DNA of 64,000 nucleotides from Epiperipatus broadwayi (Eukaryota > Animalia > Onychophora). Positions 15,015 through 28,191 of this stretch are shown in pieces. Location: positions 25,482,001 to 25,546,000 of the forward strand of contig JAQFVV010000004.1 of the NCBI GenBank assembly GCA_028023455.1, read 5' to 3'. The notes under the pieces were generated by a model. It was given only the letters and a program-made list of their open reading frames with translations. It was not told the origin of the DNA and made no database searches. The position numbers and the translations under genes were made by a program. Positions within the stretch are counted from its first letter, which is position 1. Each line of letters begins with the position of its first letter.

Positions 15015-15591
15015 TTACATTTTGAATTACAAGTATCAAATTAACTCAATCACATCTTTGACAGCGTCCACTTTAGATAAGTACAGTAATGATTATTACT
15101 AATCATTTACTAAACTAGAGATTGCCTCTAGCACAGATATAAACTTTAAAACTCAATTAAAGATTAATATATCTGATTTTTTTAAATTAACTACACACAC
15201 ATGGAGTTATTCACATTTCACTTTCCCATGTGTAATATCTTTATAAATATATTAAATAACCTCAATACTACCACATATTTTTTTAAATTCATATAAATAA
15301 AAATACAACAAAAGACAAATGACCCCAAGATGCATTTTGTCCTGAATCAGCACTCATCAGTTGGTCCAGATCACCATCTCTATTATATGAAAAATATTTA
15401 TCTATAATAAGTATTTACATTTTGAATTACAAATGTCAAATTAACTCAAATCACATCTTTGACACTATCCACTTTAGATAAATATAATAATGATTATTAC
15501 TAATTACTTATTAAACTATAAATTTTCTCTAGCACAGATATAAACTTTAAAACTCAATTAAAGATTAATATATCTGATTTTTTAAAATTAA
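15015..15591. repeat. Partial tandem duplication with a 400-bp period
   Basis: 15015-15190 and 15415-15591 are similar ~176-bp direct repeats, sharing for example CTAGCACAGATATAAACTTTAAAACTCAATTAAAGATTAATATATCTGATTTTTT. Confidence 0.9.
15321..15366 (-). ncRNA. Minimal type I hammerhead ribozyme relic (probably inactive in this copy)
   Basis: Minus strand GACCAA-CTGATGA-GTGCTG ATT CAGGAC-AAAA-TGCATC-TTGGGGTC. The CUGAUGA core is intact, stem II pairs 5/6 bp, and stem I is CCAA/TTGG (extendable). CAAAA TGCATC equals CGAAA CGCGTC after three CpG transitions. Confidence 0.7.
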
Positions 15592-18500
15592 GCATGTAAA
15601 CATTGTATCTTTATTTATATGAATTTAAAAGAATATGTGGTAGAATTTAGGTTATTTAATTTATCCTATAAAATTTACAACATCAATGATATTTAACTAA
15701 ACATATATTTCATGATTTTTAATTACAACTAAATCAAATCAAATGTAATACTAACTCAGCTATACTATTCCACTAATATCAATTTACTCTTATTAAATAA
15801 GTTAATTATAAGAAGAGCAAATACTTAATAATAATACAATATCAATTAACCTAACATATCTTTCTACTTTCACCAACATAGAATATTATAAAACAAAACC
15901 ATCCTATTAAATAACTTTAAGATTTCAATATCCAACAATATATAAAACAAATAATAAATTCCTATTTGATCCTTATTGATAAATCATATTCTTTAGTCTA
16001 ATAAAGTTGGGTTGTTAAAACTTTAGACTATAACTATCAAAGCATATTAATCAAATATTAATATTAAAACTGAATTTCTAATCCACATCAATGAACTTTA
16101 AATATAATTAAAGTAGAATCACTCTAATTGGGACAGAATAAAATATATTATTATTACCAGCTCTACAACTGAATAAGATTTCAATCTTTATGGTTGTATA
16201 CTGATTTAATATAATATTCACTTTAATCAATAATGATTTAAAATAAAATAAATGAATATTTAATTGCAATTACCTTTACTCATCTTCAATAGTTATCATA
16301 TTTGTGTTTTCATCATGATCAAATCAATTCATATATAATTTCTATCTTAATATAATAATTATTTGTTTCTAACAAAATAATTACAATAAGCTTCTAATTA
16401 CTTGTTAAATATTTAAAAATGTCAAATCACTTAATTTATTGCTTTGTAAAATCTATATCTGGTCAGATAATAAATATTAAATTAAATATAAAAATAATAT
16501 GTAATTATACTCTCTTACCTATCCTATGGTTGGACTTTGATCTATTTTGTATCTACTTTTAATAAATTATGTGATATAATCAATTAGTGAATATTGTCTC
16601 ATTCAAATATGATTAACTAATAAATTCGCATTGTAAAATTGAATAACAACCAAGCAAGTTTACTTATTGTAAATTAATTCAAAATTTTTAAACAATGAAT
16701 ATAAATTAAAATCAAATATATATTATAAAATAATTGTTTGTTCAACCATAATCAGAGATTTTAGATTTAATTTAAAATAAAAGCATGGGGGTTTCAAAAA
16801 TTAGATAAATCTTTATTTTTTATAAAAAGGGATTGATCTTAATTAGTTTTTGTATCCCCTTCCCATGTTTTTACTTTAAGATAAATCTAAAAAACCTTAT
16901 TGTAGTTGAAGAAACATTTTTTTTTTCTTTTTAGTACATAGTAAATAAACACATTTAATATATATATTTCTATTATTTAATTTAAAAAAAAAAACAATGA
17001 TAACAATATTATAAATACATTTTATTTTTTTCATGGCAAATTTATTAATTAATATTCTATTAATAAAAGTATTACCATAAATTTATTTAAAGAGTCTATA
17101 GTATTGGGTTAATGTATTCACTTGTCACAGACAATCTGGAATTCAGTTTCACTCAAAGGACTCTTATAAACTGTCTTAGATCACAAACATGATTGGAATT
17201 TTTTATGACAGCTAGCCCCTATTGATAGCATGATATCCCATGAGCTTCAATGCTCTGATTATAGAAGCAAAAAATATAGCTATAATATAGCATGGCTTTT
17301 ATGACTGATGATGGTGGCTTTCTATACCTATGCTTATTGAATCCATGGTTTACTTTTACTAAATGATATGATATTAATTAATACTTATCTGGGAGAAAGA
17401 GAGGTTTTGTTATATTCCATGAATTAGTTAAGCCAAAATTATATGAACTGGTCATTAAGGATGAATAATAATAATCAAATATCTAATTTCCAAACTAGTT
17501 AAACTTATATAGAATAATAAAGGATAAAATGTATTTTATTTTTTAACTACAACTCTTTCTATTAAATATGTGTATGTTTCTAAATAAATATATCTTCAGA
17601 ATCAAGGAGTATTTTATTGATTATAAAATAAATAAAACCACAAAGTTTTCTTTAATATATTCAACATTTTTTTTCTATATATAATATAAAGTGTTGTAAA
17701 GAAATCTTATAATGTTACAATGGCTAATGACAATTCAGTATTATAAAGCAAATGAAAGTGTATGCGTGTTTAATGTCCCAGGGTAGGTATACAATTAATA
17801 CCATAGCAACTTTAGTGTGTGACCATAAAATCAATGATAATGATAAGTGACAATCTTATAATTAAAAGGAAAAATATGAAAACCAAATTTAATAAAAAAT
17901 ATTATACATGTAATTGATATCATGACATTGATAAAATAATAAATGTATTTTCTTTTCTTTCTTTTTTATATATTAAACTTTTTACAATTGATAAGTTTAA
18001 AAAAAATCAGATTCAAGCAGTGTTTTTCCTACCACCTTAAAAAAATCGTAACAAGGGTTGCAAAGATATAAATTAAAATTGTTTAATGCTACAATACAGA
18101 AAGTTATTTAAAAGATAATTAATGGGCATATTTCACTGGTAAAAGATTTTCAACAACTAATGTCTATTTAAATACATCAAACTTATCTACCTAGAATATG
18201 CAAAACTCTGAAGTAAACCAATTTAAGCTAATAAGTGACAACTTATCCTATGAAGTGGTTAAAGTAAAAAATATATCAGTGAAATGCATGTACAAATTTA
18301 CTGAAAATGTATGATAAAAGGAATTTATCATTCCTTTTATAAAATAAATATATTTGCATATTATCAAGCACTTACACAATGTATATGATAAGAGGCACTT
18401 ATCATCTCATATGTACTTATGTCTACATATTATTATGCTAAGCAAAAGAAAGCCACTATCTAAAATATACACATGTCAATTCCAGTCTATCAACAACCTA

Positions 18501-19249
18501 CTTTAAATTCCTATATCCATGATGACATATTAAATATCAAAATATTCTCCTTCATTCTTGAAACAATGCATATAAAATCTTCATGTTAATAATAAATAAA
18601 TAAATGTTAATGGTCTATATAACAATGTGACTAATTAATTTATAGTCATTCCAAATTAAATCATTCATACTAAAATATGATATATATAATGTTTGCAAAA
18701 GTTAAATTTACATAATAATAAATTAAATTTACCTCTCTCTTTTTTTTTTAAAAAAATGTTTTTTAAGAAAGTTAAAAGAAAAATATGAATATAAAATATT
18801 TTAATTTCTTTTTTTTTTTCTATTTTTTTATTTTTAATTATAAAATCGGAAGTTTAAAGTCCATTAAGTTTGTTTTTTATTTGGTCCCAAGTTTTTTTTT
18901 TTTTTTTAAGGTTTATGATTTGGTCCCAAGTTAACATTGGCAAAGAATAAAAGAAAGCAATAGTCATGATAAAGAAGTTTCATTTAGATAAGAGCTAAAA
19001 ATTCTTGAAAGAAATAGTTAATTATAATTAGATGAAGAGAGCCAATAATTCTTTAAAATGTTTACAATTAAATGCTGACATTTTTCCTCCAGATATTCAG
19101 GAATTGTAGCTTTTCAGAAGATTTGTTTTAAAAAAATAGATTGCTCTATGTTCTTTTGTTATATATATATTTTTTTATTATGTCTTTAATGGAACTTTAA
19201 CAACTAATGTATGCAACAAAGCTTTTACAAGCTTTGAGTTTACTTTGTT

Positions 19250-19480
19250 TAAGTCAATCATCTTGGCTGTTGACTTCATTGTTTATTATTTTAAAAGTCT
19301 TTCATAACAAAATTGGTCCAACTATTTTTAAGGATTAAAAAAAACAAATGTCTTCACTTCTGACTTACCATAGTTTACTTCAAACACCTCTCTTAAAAAC
19401 CACACATTGCCAAAAATCCATTGTTCTGTTCAATATCTGTGCACACACCTTTTATTTGTTTTAGAACAACATTGCATTCA
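19250..19480 (-). mobile_element. Possible Tc1/mariner transposase relic
   Basis: Frameshifted minus-strand peptides NRTMDFWQCVVF and FEVNYGKSEVKTFV resemble the Tc1 segment W(T)xxxWxxVxFSDESKF. No TIRs identified. Confidence 0.35.
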
Positions 19481-21850
19481 AATAATGATAAAAATGACTT
19501 AAATAACATGAATAATAATAAAAAATAACTTAAATAAAGTAAATAATTCGGTAGTCAAGTATTTACCTTGCTATGATGTCATAAATCAATTAAATTTTAA
19601 CATTCCCCTTATTTTTTAAATAAATGTACATGCACACACACTCCCTTATTAATATCATAACTTTTAATAATAATTAAATCTATTATTTCAATAATATTTC
19701 TTATTGTTATTTATTTAAAACAAAATGTTAACTTTATCAACTTTCTAAAATTAAAAAGTTTAAAATAGAAAAACAAAAGAAATTTACTTTCGAAAATGTA
19801 TGCAGGACACCAGTTTTTATTCTCAAAGTTAGATCACTATATATCTCCAATTAGTAAAATATTTATTTCATAAAGATTGTGTACTTTTAATTTATAGTGG
19901 AGATGAACTACTACAATTTTAATACAACATTAAAATCAGTCAATTATTAGACAATTTCAATATCAATAACAATCTTAATCTGTTGTCAAGGCAACCTCCT
20001 TTTAACAATGTATATATTATATAACTATAGCTGCATTTTAATATTAATTAATTATCCTGAATTAAAAGCTGAATTATAACTAATTTGCAATTTAAGGTGT
20101 TATCAATAATTCATATAATTATATAATAGTAGTTCTACCTTTGTCTAAAGTGTATCATTACTGTCATTTTTAAAAAATGAAAACTACATTTTAAAAATTA
20201 ACTTTTTTTTTTTTAAATATAAATTTGTATTAATGTTGAACTATTAAAACTTAAGTAGAATTAAAAAAAGTTTGTTGAGCAATTTTTCTAGAATAATTAT
20301 GGATCTAGACTATGAATAAAGTTCAAACTTCATATTTTTATGATATTTATGTACATAGCAGACACATAAAAAACATTAATACATATAAATATATTTTAAA
20401 GGCTAAGATAGCTTTAAATAGCTCACTGAAAGATAAAAACTCTAATCATTACTCTGTATCTAATAATATTTTAAATGCTCAATTACAAATTAATAACGGA
20501 TGATTAGCTGTGGAACAGTTATCTGAAAGAAAAAAAAAACTAATTTGGAAACTAAAATAATTTATTAATATAGCTTTATCACCAAGAATAGTAGTTAGAT
20601 GCATAAACTATTATGGCATGATGTGTGTTTTTAATACATATATATGATAATGATTTGTCTCCTTTTTACTTAGTCATTTAATTATTGCTAAAAATCTCAT
20701 TAGAATTCACCAATTAATATATTAACAGATTGCCTATTCAAAGATATGTAGAGTACTGAATAAATTTCAGTATTTATCATCTCTTCATCTCTTATAAAAA
20801 AAATAATCTTAAACACCTGCTTTTGTTTTACTATCTTGCTCTCTTGCAGTTAGGAGGGAAAAAACAGCATAACATGCAAATTATGTTTTAATGAGGTCAG
20901 CAATTTTAATTATATTTCACAATAAATTCTAAGCAAATATTTATTTTAATACAGAATATTTTTATATATTTTACAATTTTTAATAATAAAAAAGAGAAAA
21001 AATACTTTAAAAAAATATGATTTTTTATGATGGCAAAGGCATAAAATATTTGTAAAACATTAAAAATAAAGTTAATAGAAGAGCACAACACAAATACATA
21101 TTTAAAATCATTAAATATATAATTAATAAAAAAAACTTCAAAAGCAAAACTCAGTTAATGTTAACATCAAAGATGAGTGGATTTTTTTTTTTTTTTATGA
21201 TAAGCAAACTAAAATCAAGTAATAGGGTTTTCAGTTTTAAAAAAAAGTGAGTTTATTTTAATATCTTTTTAAAAAGTCAGAATTTAAAAATATAAAAGCA
21301 GATGCAGGTAAATATAATAGAAAGTTATATATATATTTTAATGATATTATGGAATAATATTACTAATATATATTGCACATCAGGATCTAATTTTAAATGC
21401 AGAATTGAATTTTTCAAACTAAAAAAAAAAAAATACTATAATAAAATTTCACTTGAAATTTTTTTTTTTAGTTTTATTTGAAAATTCTGTTTACTAATAA
21501 ACAATAACCGATTTGATAAACAATTAATTAATAATAGTAATGAATACAGTAATGATATTGTAAATATGGAAGTCTTCTATCAAGTTCAAATAAATTTATG
21601 TGTGCTTGTAAAAAACAAAACTTCAGAGTATTTTAATTGCTGTTTGTCTATCTAGTAAAACCCCAATATATGCTGCATCAATATACATGACTTCAGTTAT
21701 ATGCTAGCCAATAAGTAAATAAACAAAAGTGTTAACAAACAAATTATAAAAACATTGAAATTCAAAAACACAAAATTTAATAAATCTCAGAATGGCAGAA
21801 ACCTATAATAAAAAGAAGTAAATATATCAAATTTAAGCATAAACAGATAA

Positions 21851-22173
21851 TATTACAATAACATGAAAGCTAAACACCTTCAAACATACACTTTAAACAT
21901 GCTTATGTGCCAGCCAATCAGCTGGAATAATGACATCACATGGGACTCTCAATTCTAAAACACAAGCCAGAACTTAGCCAATCAGCTGGAATAATGACAT
22001 CACATGGGACTCTCAATTCTAAAACACAAGCCAGAACTTTTTCTAATAGTTCTGGCTTGTGTTTTAGAATTGAGAGTCCCATGTAATGTCATTATTCCAG
22101 CTGATTGGCTGTCATGTAAGCATGTTTAAAGTGTATCTGTTTGAAGGTGTTTAGCTTTCACATTATTATAATA
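21851..22173. mobile_element. Near-perfect palindromic (foldback) MITE-like element with a 64-bp duplication in the left arm
   Basis: The left arm 21851-22038 is the reverse complement of the right arm 22048-22173 around a 9-nt spacer; 21912-21975 is repeated as 21976-22039. Confidence 0.85.
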
Positions 22174-23370
22174 AAAAGAAGTGTAAATAAATTTAAAAAA
22201 CAAAATTCATAAATTTAATACATTTTACAATACAGCAAACAGTCAATTTTCTATCTCAGAGACATATGCAATCATGTTTAGAAAACAAACAGTAAATTCA
22301 TAAAAAGATGTACAACATTGTAGTAGCCATTTTTGTGACTCAGAGTATTGTATATGATCATTTTTATTAATAATGTTTCTTTGGCTTATGTTAAAAGGTT
22401 CTCTTTATTTTTCTTTCAAAATTTGATTTACAGTATTTTGCATAGAATGTTTATTAAACATCTTGCTAAAAGTTTTATGGAGAGAATATTTATAAAGTTA
22501 GTATAGACTTAACACATCAGCACAACTAGAAACAGCTATTTCATTTTATAGGGAAAAATATAATGAAAGTCAGATTGTTGATATTCACTTTCATTTTTTT
22601 TAAAAAGATATAATACAGAAAGTTTTTTACTTTTATTTTTTGAATAAATATGCAAAAGTAATCAAACACACAGAAAATATTACCCCATCAATTTATTAGA
22701 CGCTTCCCACATCAATAGCTATATAAAACTCAAAAACAATTCTGACCATAAATCCACTTTTCTGTATTATAAAAATTAGCATAGCCAGCATTAGAACCCA
22801 CACTAATGACAGTCTTATGCTTAGAAAGAAATGATGCAAAGCATAATAAGATAAAGGAGATCTGGCATATTGCAAATATTGATAATGCCATCAACAAAAT
22901 AGATCAACTCATTTAATTTACATAACTTTGTATAGCATTTACATCACACCTCTTTTCTAGATTTTGCAGATGCATCACTATGATTATGATATTACTGAAA
23001 AAATTGTGTATTTAAAAAGTCCCATTCTGTGGGAGTTCATATATCTCATTTAACAGTAAACAATTTTCAAGCTTTTCTTAATTCACACCTCCAAGGGCTT
23101 TTATCTAATTATTCATAACTATCTATATTATCATTTAATTTTATTTACACTATAATTTTAATTTATATATGTATTTTCTACATATAAATGTTTTATATGT
23201 GTGCTGAAAAATACTGTACACTTGCAATTTAATAAACAATACACATTTTATTGTAATCAATGCTTATCATCAAAACAATAGTTATTTTATATGATTTATA
23301 ATATACATAAGGGGTTCAGCACAAAGTATAGTTGATATTATGGCTCCACTATGTAGATGAATTTATGTTT

Positions 23371-23600
23371 ACATTAATGTAAAAAATTTCAAAACAGAGT
23401 TTAAATATAAAATTTAGTAAGATTTTTTTGTACCAGGTATACTTTCAATGATTTCAGATCATATTCATAATTAGTCTGCTAAGAACATTAATTTTTTGTT
23501 GATTTGAATGTAATTTTATTTTTAATTCATTATATATTCATTTTGTGTACATCTTTTAATTTTCATTTGCAATCGTTTCTTTTTTTTACACATAATATTT
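23371..23600 (+). repeat. Second copy of the dispersed repeat at 1-256
   Basis: Colinear similarity to the reverse complement of 1-256. Confidence 0.8.
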
Positions 23601-26310
23601 CTAACACATACATTATACAATCTTATAGGAACCATCTTCTAAAGCTGAACAAGATTAATAAATGTCTCTTTTTCTCATTTTTCAGCAAAAACAAACTGAC
23701 ATTTAAATGCAAATTAAGTTTCAGTATTTATATTAAATTGTGATAAATGGAAAAATACATAATTATCTTAGTAATAAATTATTATAAATTCAGTCTGAGA
23801 CTCAAAATGAAATGTAAACGTCATTTTTTCATTTTTCAATGAAGTAAAATATTTCTTTTAAATTTTTTGTATAAAGATAAACTGAGTTACTATGTAGGAT
23901 AATTTTGATGTCTGGACACAGGCATTGTAAAAAAAAAAAAAAAAAACCTATATTCTATAATAATGTATATACAAATTCTGGGAAAATAAGAAAATTATTT
24001 TAAATAATTCATTATATATTTTTAATGGTTTCAACCCAAATAGTTGCATTTATCTAATAAAAAATATACAATAGTTATATCTATACAAAACAATTAATGT
24101 AAAAATGTAATTTTATTATTGAATATTTACTCAAATTCCATTACTGTGAAATCCTGAATCAAACTGTCATAATTCAATAAATCACAAATATTTCTTTTTA
24201 ATAAAAATACTAAGCAAATCCACTAATTTCTATTAAAACAATTTTAATGATTTTTATTTTGAAGAAATTGCATTCTTTAGAAGCAATCGATTTATAAGCA
24301 AAATTGAATAGTTTATTTTTCTGTAAACAGATAAGTAATAACCTGTAGATTTATACTTTACATTTGTCTCAATATGATAATATAAATCATATAAATAGAT
24401 AACTATTTCGAATGATTTAATTTCAGAGAGTTATAATTTTGATCAATTTATTATATTTTATAAAGTTTGAGATCATCACCCTCACAATTTTATAGCATTT
24501 TATTCAGTTTATGCAATATGTTGTAAATGTATACTTTCTTTTATTCAAATTCTTTGCTGGTTGAATTAATCACTTTGTCAAAAATAAAATTTAAAATTTT
24601 TGTAATTGAGTCGTGATCTTTTATGAGTTGATTATCAGAGTTATTATAAAAATATTTTTTTATTATGAACTTGCACTTATAAAATTAGTTATCATGTAGA
24701 CATAAGAACAATCTGAATATAATATTAGTCATTTATTAGTAAATATGTTTCTGACATATGTTATCTTATCATTTGCTTTATTGCAAAATTTCAATAATAA
24801 ACAATTTATGAAATATATAACAGGTTCCTGTGCTTTCATGCATGAAGAAATTTTATTACTACATCCACCCTTCAGTCCTATCACAAACCAATAAAAATGT
24901 ATTCTCATATACCATGATTTATTTTTCTTTTACTAGCAAATTATTATAGTTTTTGATAGTCTTATTAATTTGATGTTATTTTATTTTTTATACTGAAAAA
25001 AAAAAGCTTGAAAATATAATACTAGAGAGAGCAGCCATATTTGTTACATTTTCCAATGATTTTTCAAATTGGTTTAATACCTTACATGTAAATTTTTATG
25101 TCTAAATCTGATATTGATCTTAAAAAATTAGTTGTATGAGGAATAATATATAAGAGAATGGAATATGACAATGCCTGAAATTTTAAAATCAATTCTGCAC
25201 ATTTAGTTTTTAAAAATCATAAGAAAAAAATATATTGGCTAATCTTTACATGATCACTATTTCTTATGCTAGTACATAACTGTTTGGAGAGTTTTGCCTG
25301 TTTTAATTTTATTGGCTAATCTTGATTTAAATTTAGTTAAATTTCCATGATTAGAGAATAGTATATATTCTATAACAAAATATTTTTATTTCATAATTGA
25401 AGCAATAATTCTGATATAAAGTATATCACTTTTAAATGGAAAACAGATTCTGACTTTTTAAAGAATAAATATTCATTTTGTATGTTTTATTAATCTAACC
25501 AATTTTATAATAAAACAGAAGATAGTATTCTATTGGATCTTGGATTAATGTTATAGATTGTTATATAACAACCAAATTTTGAATTACTAGCTTCACCTAT
25601 TTATATAGAAAGTATATTGAAGTAAAGATGGATTCCCCTCTTTTCTTCCAATGCGTAAGCTTGTGGTTAAGACCTGTAGAGGTTCCTACCTTTGCATTTT
25701 CAACTGCACATGCTTTAGGTTTATTGACTTAATAAATATTACTTATGATAATACAAAGCTTACAAGATTACTTTCAAAACAATTCCATCATCTGGGCCAA
25801 ACTCCAATACCACCACCCTCAAATCAGAGTGTCTGAATCTTATATATATCATGAACATTTCAAAGCTTTATTTTAAAGTGTGAATGTTGAAACAAACACA
25901 TTAATAAAATATAATGCATATAATAATATTCTAAAGATGTAAAAATTATATTCCCTGTCAATTTCTTACAATGCTACATTATTTACTATAGTGATGAAAT
26001 GGTTCACTTCTAAGCTCAAATCTATGGATTGTGTTTCTAGACCTGCCATTTCTGGTGCTAAAATTACTTATGAATTTATGAGAAAAATAAATCTTTCATT
26101 TATTTTATTTCTTTTACAAACTTTACCATAAATAGTATATATGTAAAGAGGATTTTTTATTTTATTTTATAAAATTCACAATTATAAAAAAGGTATTATT
26201 TATAAAATTCACAATTATTAACCTTATATATATATTAATAGACTTTTTGTGTTTGTATATACATTGAAACTATATTCATTTAATATCTAATCTCTTTTCT
26301 TGGTATTTGT

Positions 26311-26999
26311 AATTTTAAACATATAAATGTTCAGACATTTATAAAGAAAAGGTAGTTGTGTTATTTTAAAAATTGGCTTTATTCATAATTGAGCATGCTT
26401 CCAGTATAATGCATATCATAATCATAGCTATATTATGCTACTATTATTGGTGGTGTTTAAATATAGGGATTTGAACACAGACTTTCAAGGACCCTTCAAC
26501 TATTCACATTATCCCATACCACTGATACAAATGACCACACACATGTAGAAAAGATAAATAATCACCAATATATATATATATTTGGTGTGAACCGGCACTC
26601 ATATCAGTTAGTCCAGATTATCAGCTCCCACACATATATATGATCAATGTTCAGTTTACATTAAGATAGCAAATCTTCATACTTTAATGAACAGACTTCA
26701 ATATACTCCAACTCTTCAGCCATAAAACTGAAGATGGAAAGCCCAAATCCCATGGTAGTATTTAAGTATACTTGCTTATATACAAATTCATTTTAATATG
26801 TTGTCTAGTTATATAAATTTTATTTGAAATCTTCTTAGAGAGCCCATTTCTTTGAGACAGGGCTGCTGGTACCTTTTTTTATTTATTGTGAATTGATCTT
26901 TGGCTATGGTCCAAGCTTCTTTAATGAATAAAGCCAATTTTTAAAATAATACATCTACCTTTTCTTTATACATGTCTGAATATTTATATATTTAAAATT
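26311..26999. repeat. 689-bp segment bounded by 76-bp inverted repeats (MITE-like or inverted duplication)
   Basis: 26311-26386 versus the reverse complement of 26924-26999: 71/76 identical. Confidence 0.85.
26462..26660 (-). mobile_element. Hammerhead-relic + tRNA-like SINE segment
   Basis: The minus strand of 26614-26562 is homologous to the 15321-15366 hammerhead (ATCTGGACTAA-CTGATATGA-GTGCCGGTTCACAC-CAAA-(TA)n-TTGGTG). It is followed by a segment homologous to 41661-41762 ending in the B-box-like GTTCAAATCCC. Confidence 0.65.
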
Positions 27000-28191
27000 G
27001 AAACTATATATAAAAAGAGAGAAATATCATAGGCATGGTTATTTGTATAAATGTTATTAATAAAGTTTGTAATAACTGAGAAGAATTATGTTAGCAAGTG
27101 CTATAATTAATATTTTTAATAAATTAATTAATTACTAAAATCACTATGCAAAATAGATATTTTATTTATTACAAAAGAAAAAATAGCACTGGAAATCAGC
27201 TGATCTAGTTATTTCTGAATCTAAAAACGACTGGGAAAAAAAATGTAATTAATTAAAATTATTTTTGACCAATTACTTTTCTACACATTTTATAGAAAAA
27301 CAAGTATTGTGTTATATATGATTATTTTATTTCATTAGATTTTTTTTTTTAAAAGAAAGGAAAACTTATTTATAATTTTCTTGAAATATATCTAAGAAAT
27401 TTCTACTAGCTGGTTTAGTAAACCAAGGTTTTAGCTGAGTTTAAAGCTAGAAGACAAATGCTCTTAAATCTATCTAATAGGTCAATTATTACATCCTTTT
27501 TAGTTTTTGATCTTTCTAGCCAGCATAGGTAAATCAAGAAGCTGAAAATCAGGTATTTATCTAATAAACAAACTTATTCAATTAAAAGAAGTTATATATG
27601 TAGAAACAGATAAAAGACATCTACTGTTTCTAATAAAAGTATCCAATAGACATTATACTTATTTATTGTGCACATTCTTTTTTTTATATCCATAATGCAT
27701 GGTAGTTTACATATTAATGAAATATTTTTAAAATATTATTGAGAGATTTACATAATAAAGAAATAATTTGTTTATTTTCATATAAGAAGGCAATCTTTAT
27801 CTTAATATTAAAAAGACATTAATTTGAATAAGTTAACTTTCTGATTGTGATGGCTTCTGTAAAGTAGGAAAATCTCATGAAGAATCTTTATGCAGCTGCA
27901 TCTAGATTAATCAGTAGTTAGATCTCAAAGTAGAAAAGAAAGAAGGGTTACAAATTATTAAGATAAAAACTTACTTTAAAAGTTTTGTGTACATAATATA
28001 AACTGAAATATTTCTTATTCAACTTTAAAAGAAAAAATAAGCTCATTAATTTAAAGTTGTTTGATAATTATAACATTAAAGTAAATAAATTGTATTCATT
28101 CACTCTATGTTTTGAACAAAATCATACTCCTGTTAAATTGCATTTTAAAATATAATTGGATAAACACAAGCACTAAGATTAAACATCTCTC

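Larger units (their letters stand above)
15015..16400 (-). mobile_element. Penelope-like element relic (RT thumb + GIY-YIG + partial tandem pLTR-like region)
   Basis: TIEDE (16293-16279) resembles the PLE RT motif FTxExE, and YVGESR (from 15880) is the YIG half of a GIY-YIG endonuclease. Downstream on the minus strand are a partial tandem repeat and a hammerhead core, as in PLE pLTRs. Heavily decayed. Confidence 0.6.

Noticed and set aside
17798-17811. RFX X-box-like ATACCATAGCAAC
   Set aside because: Imperfect single motif with no promoter context.
21912-22039. CRISPR-like repeats
   Set aside because: Only two adjacent 64-bp units with no spacer, in a eukaryotic context with no cas genes.
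26728-26756. Plus-strand CTGAAGA-TGGAAAGCC-CAAA hammerhead-like string
   Set aside because: GAAA is lost and no adjacent stem I or stem III pairing exists.
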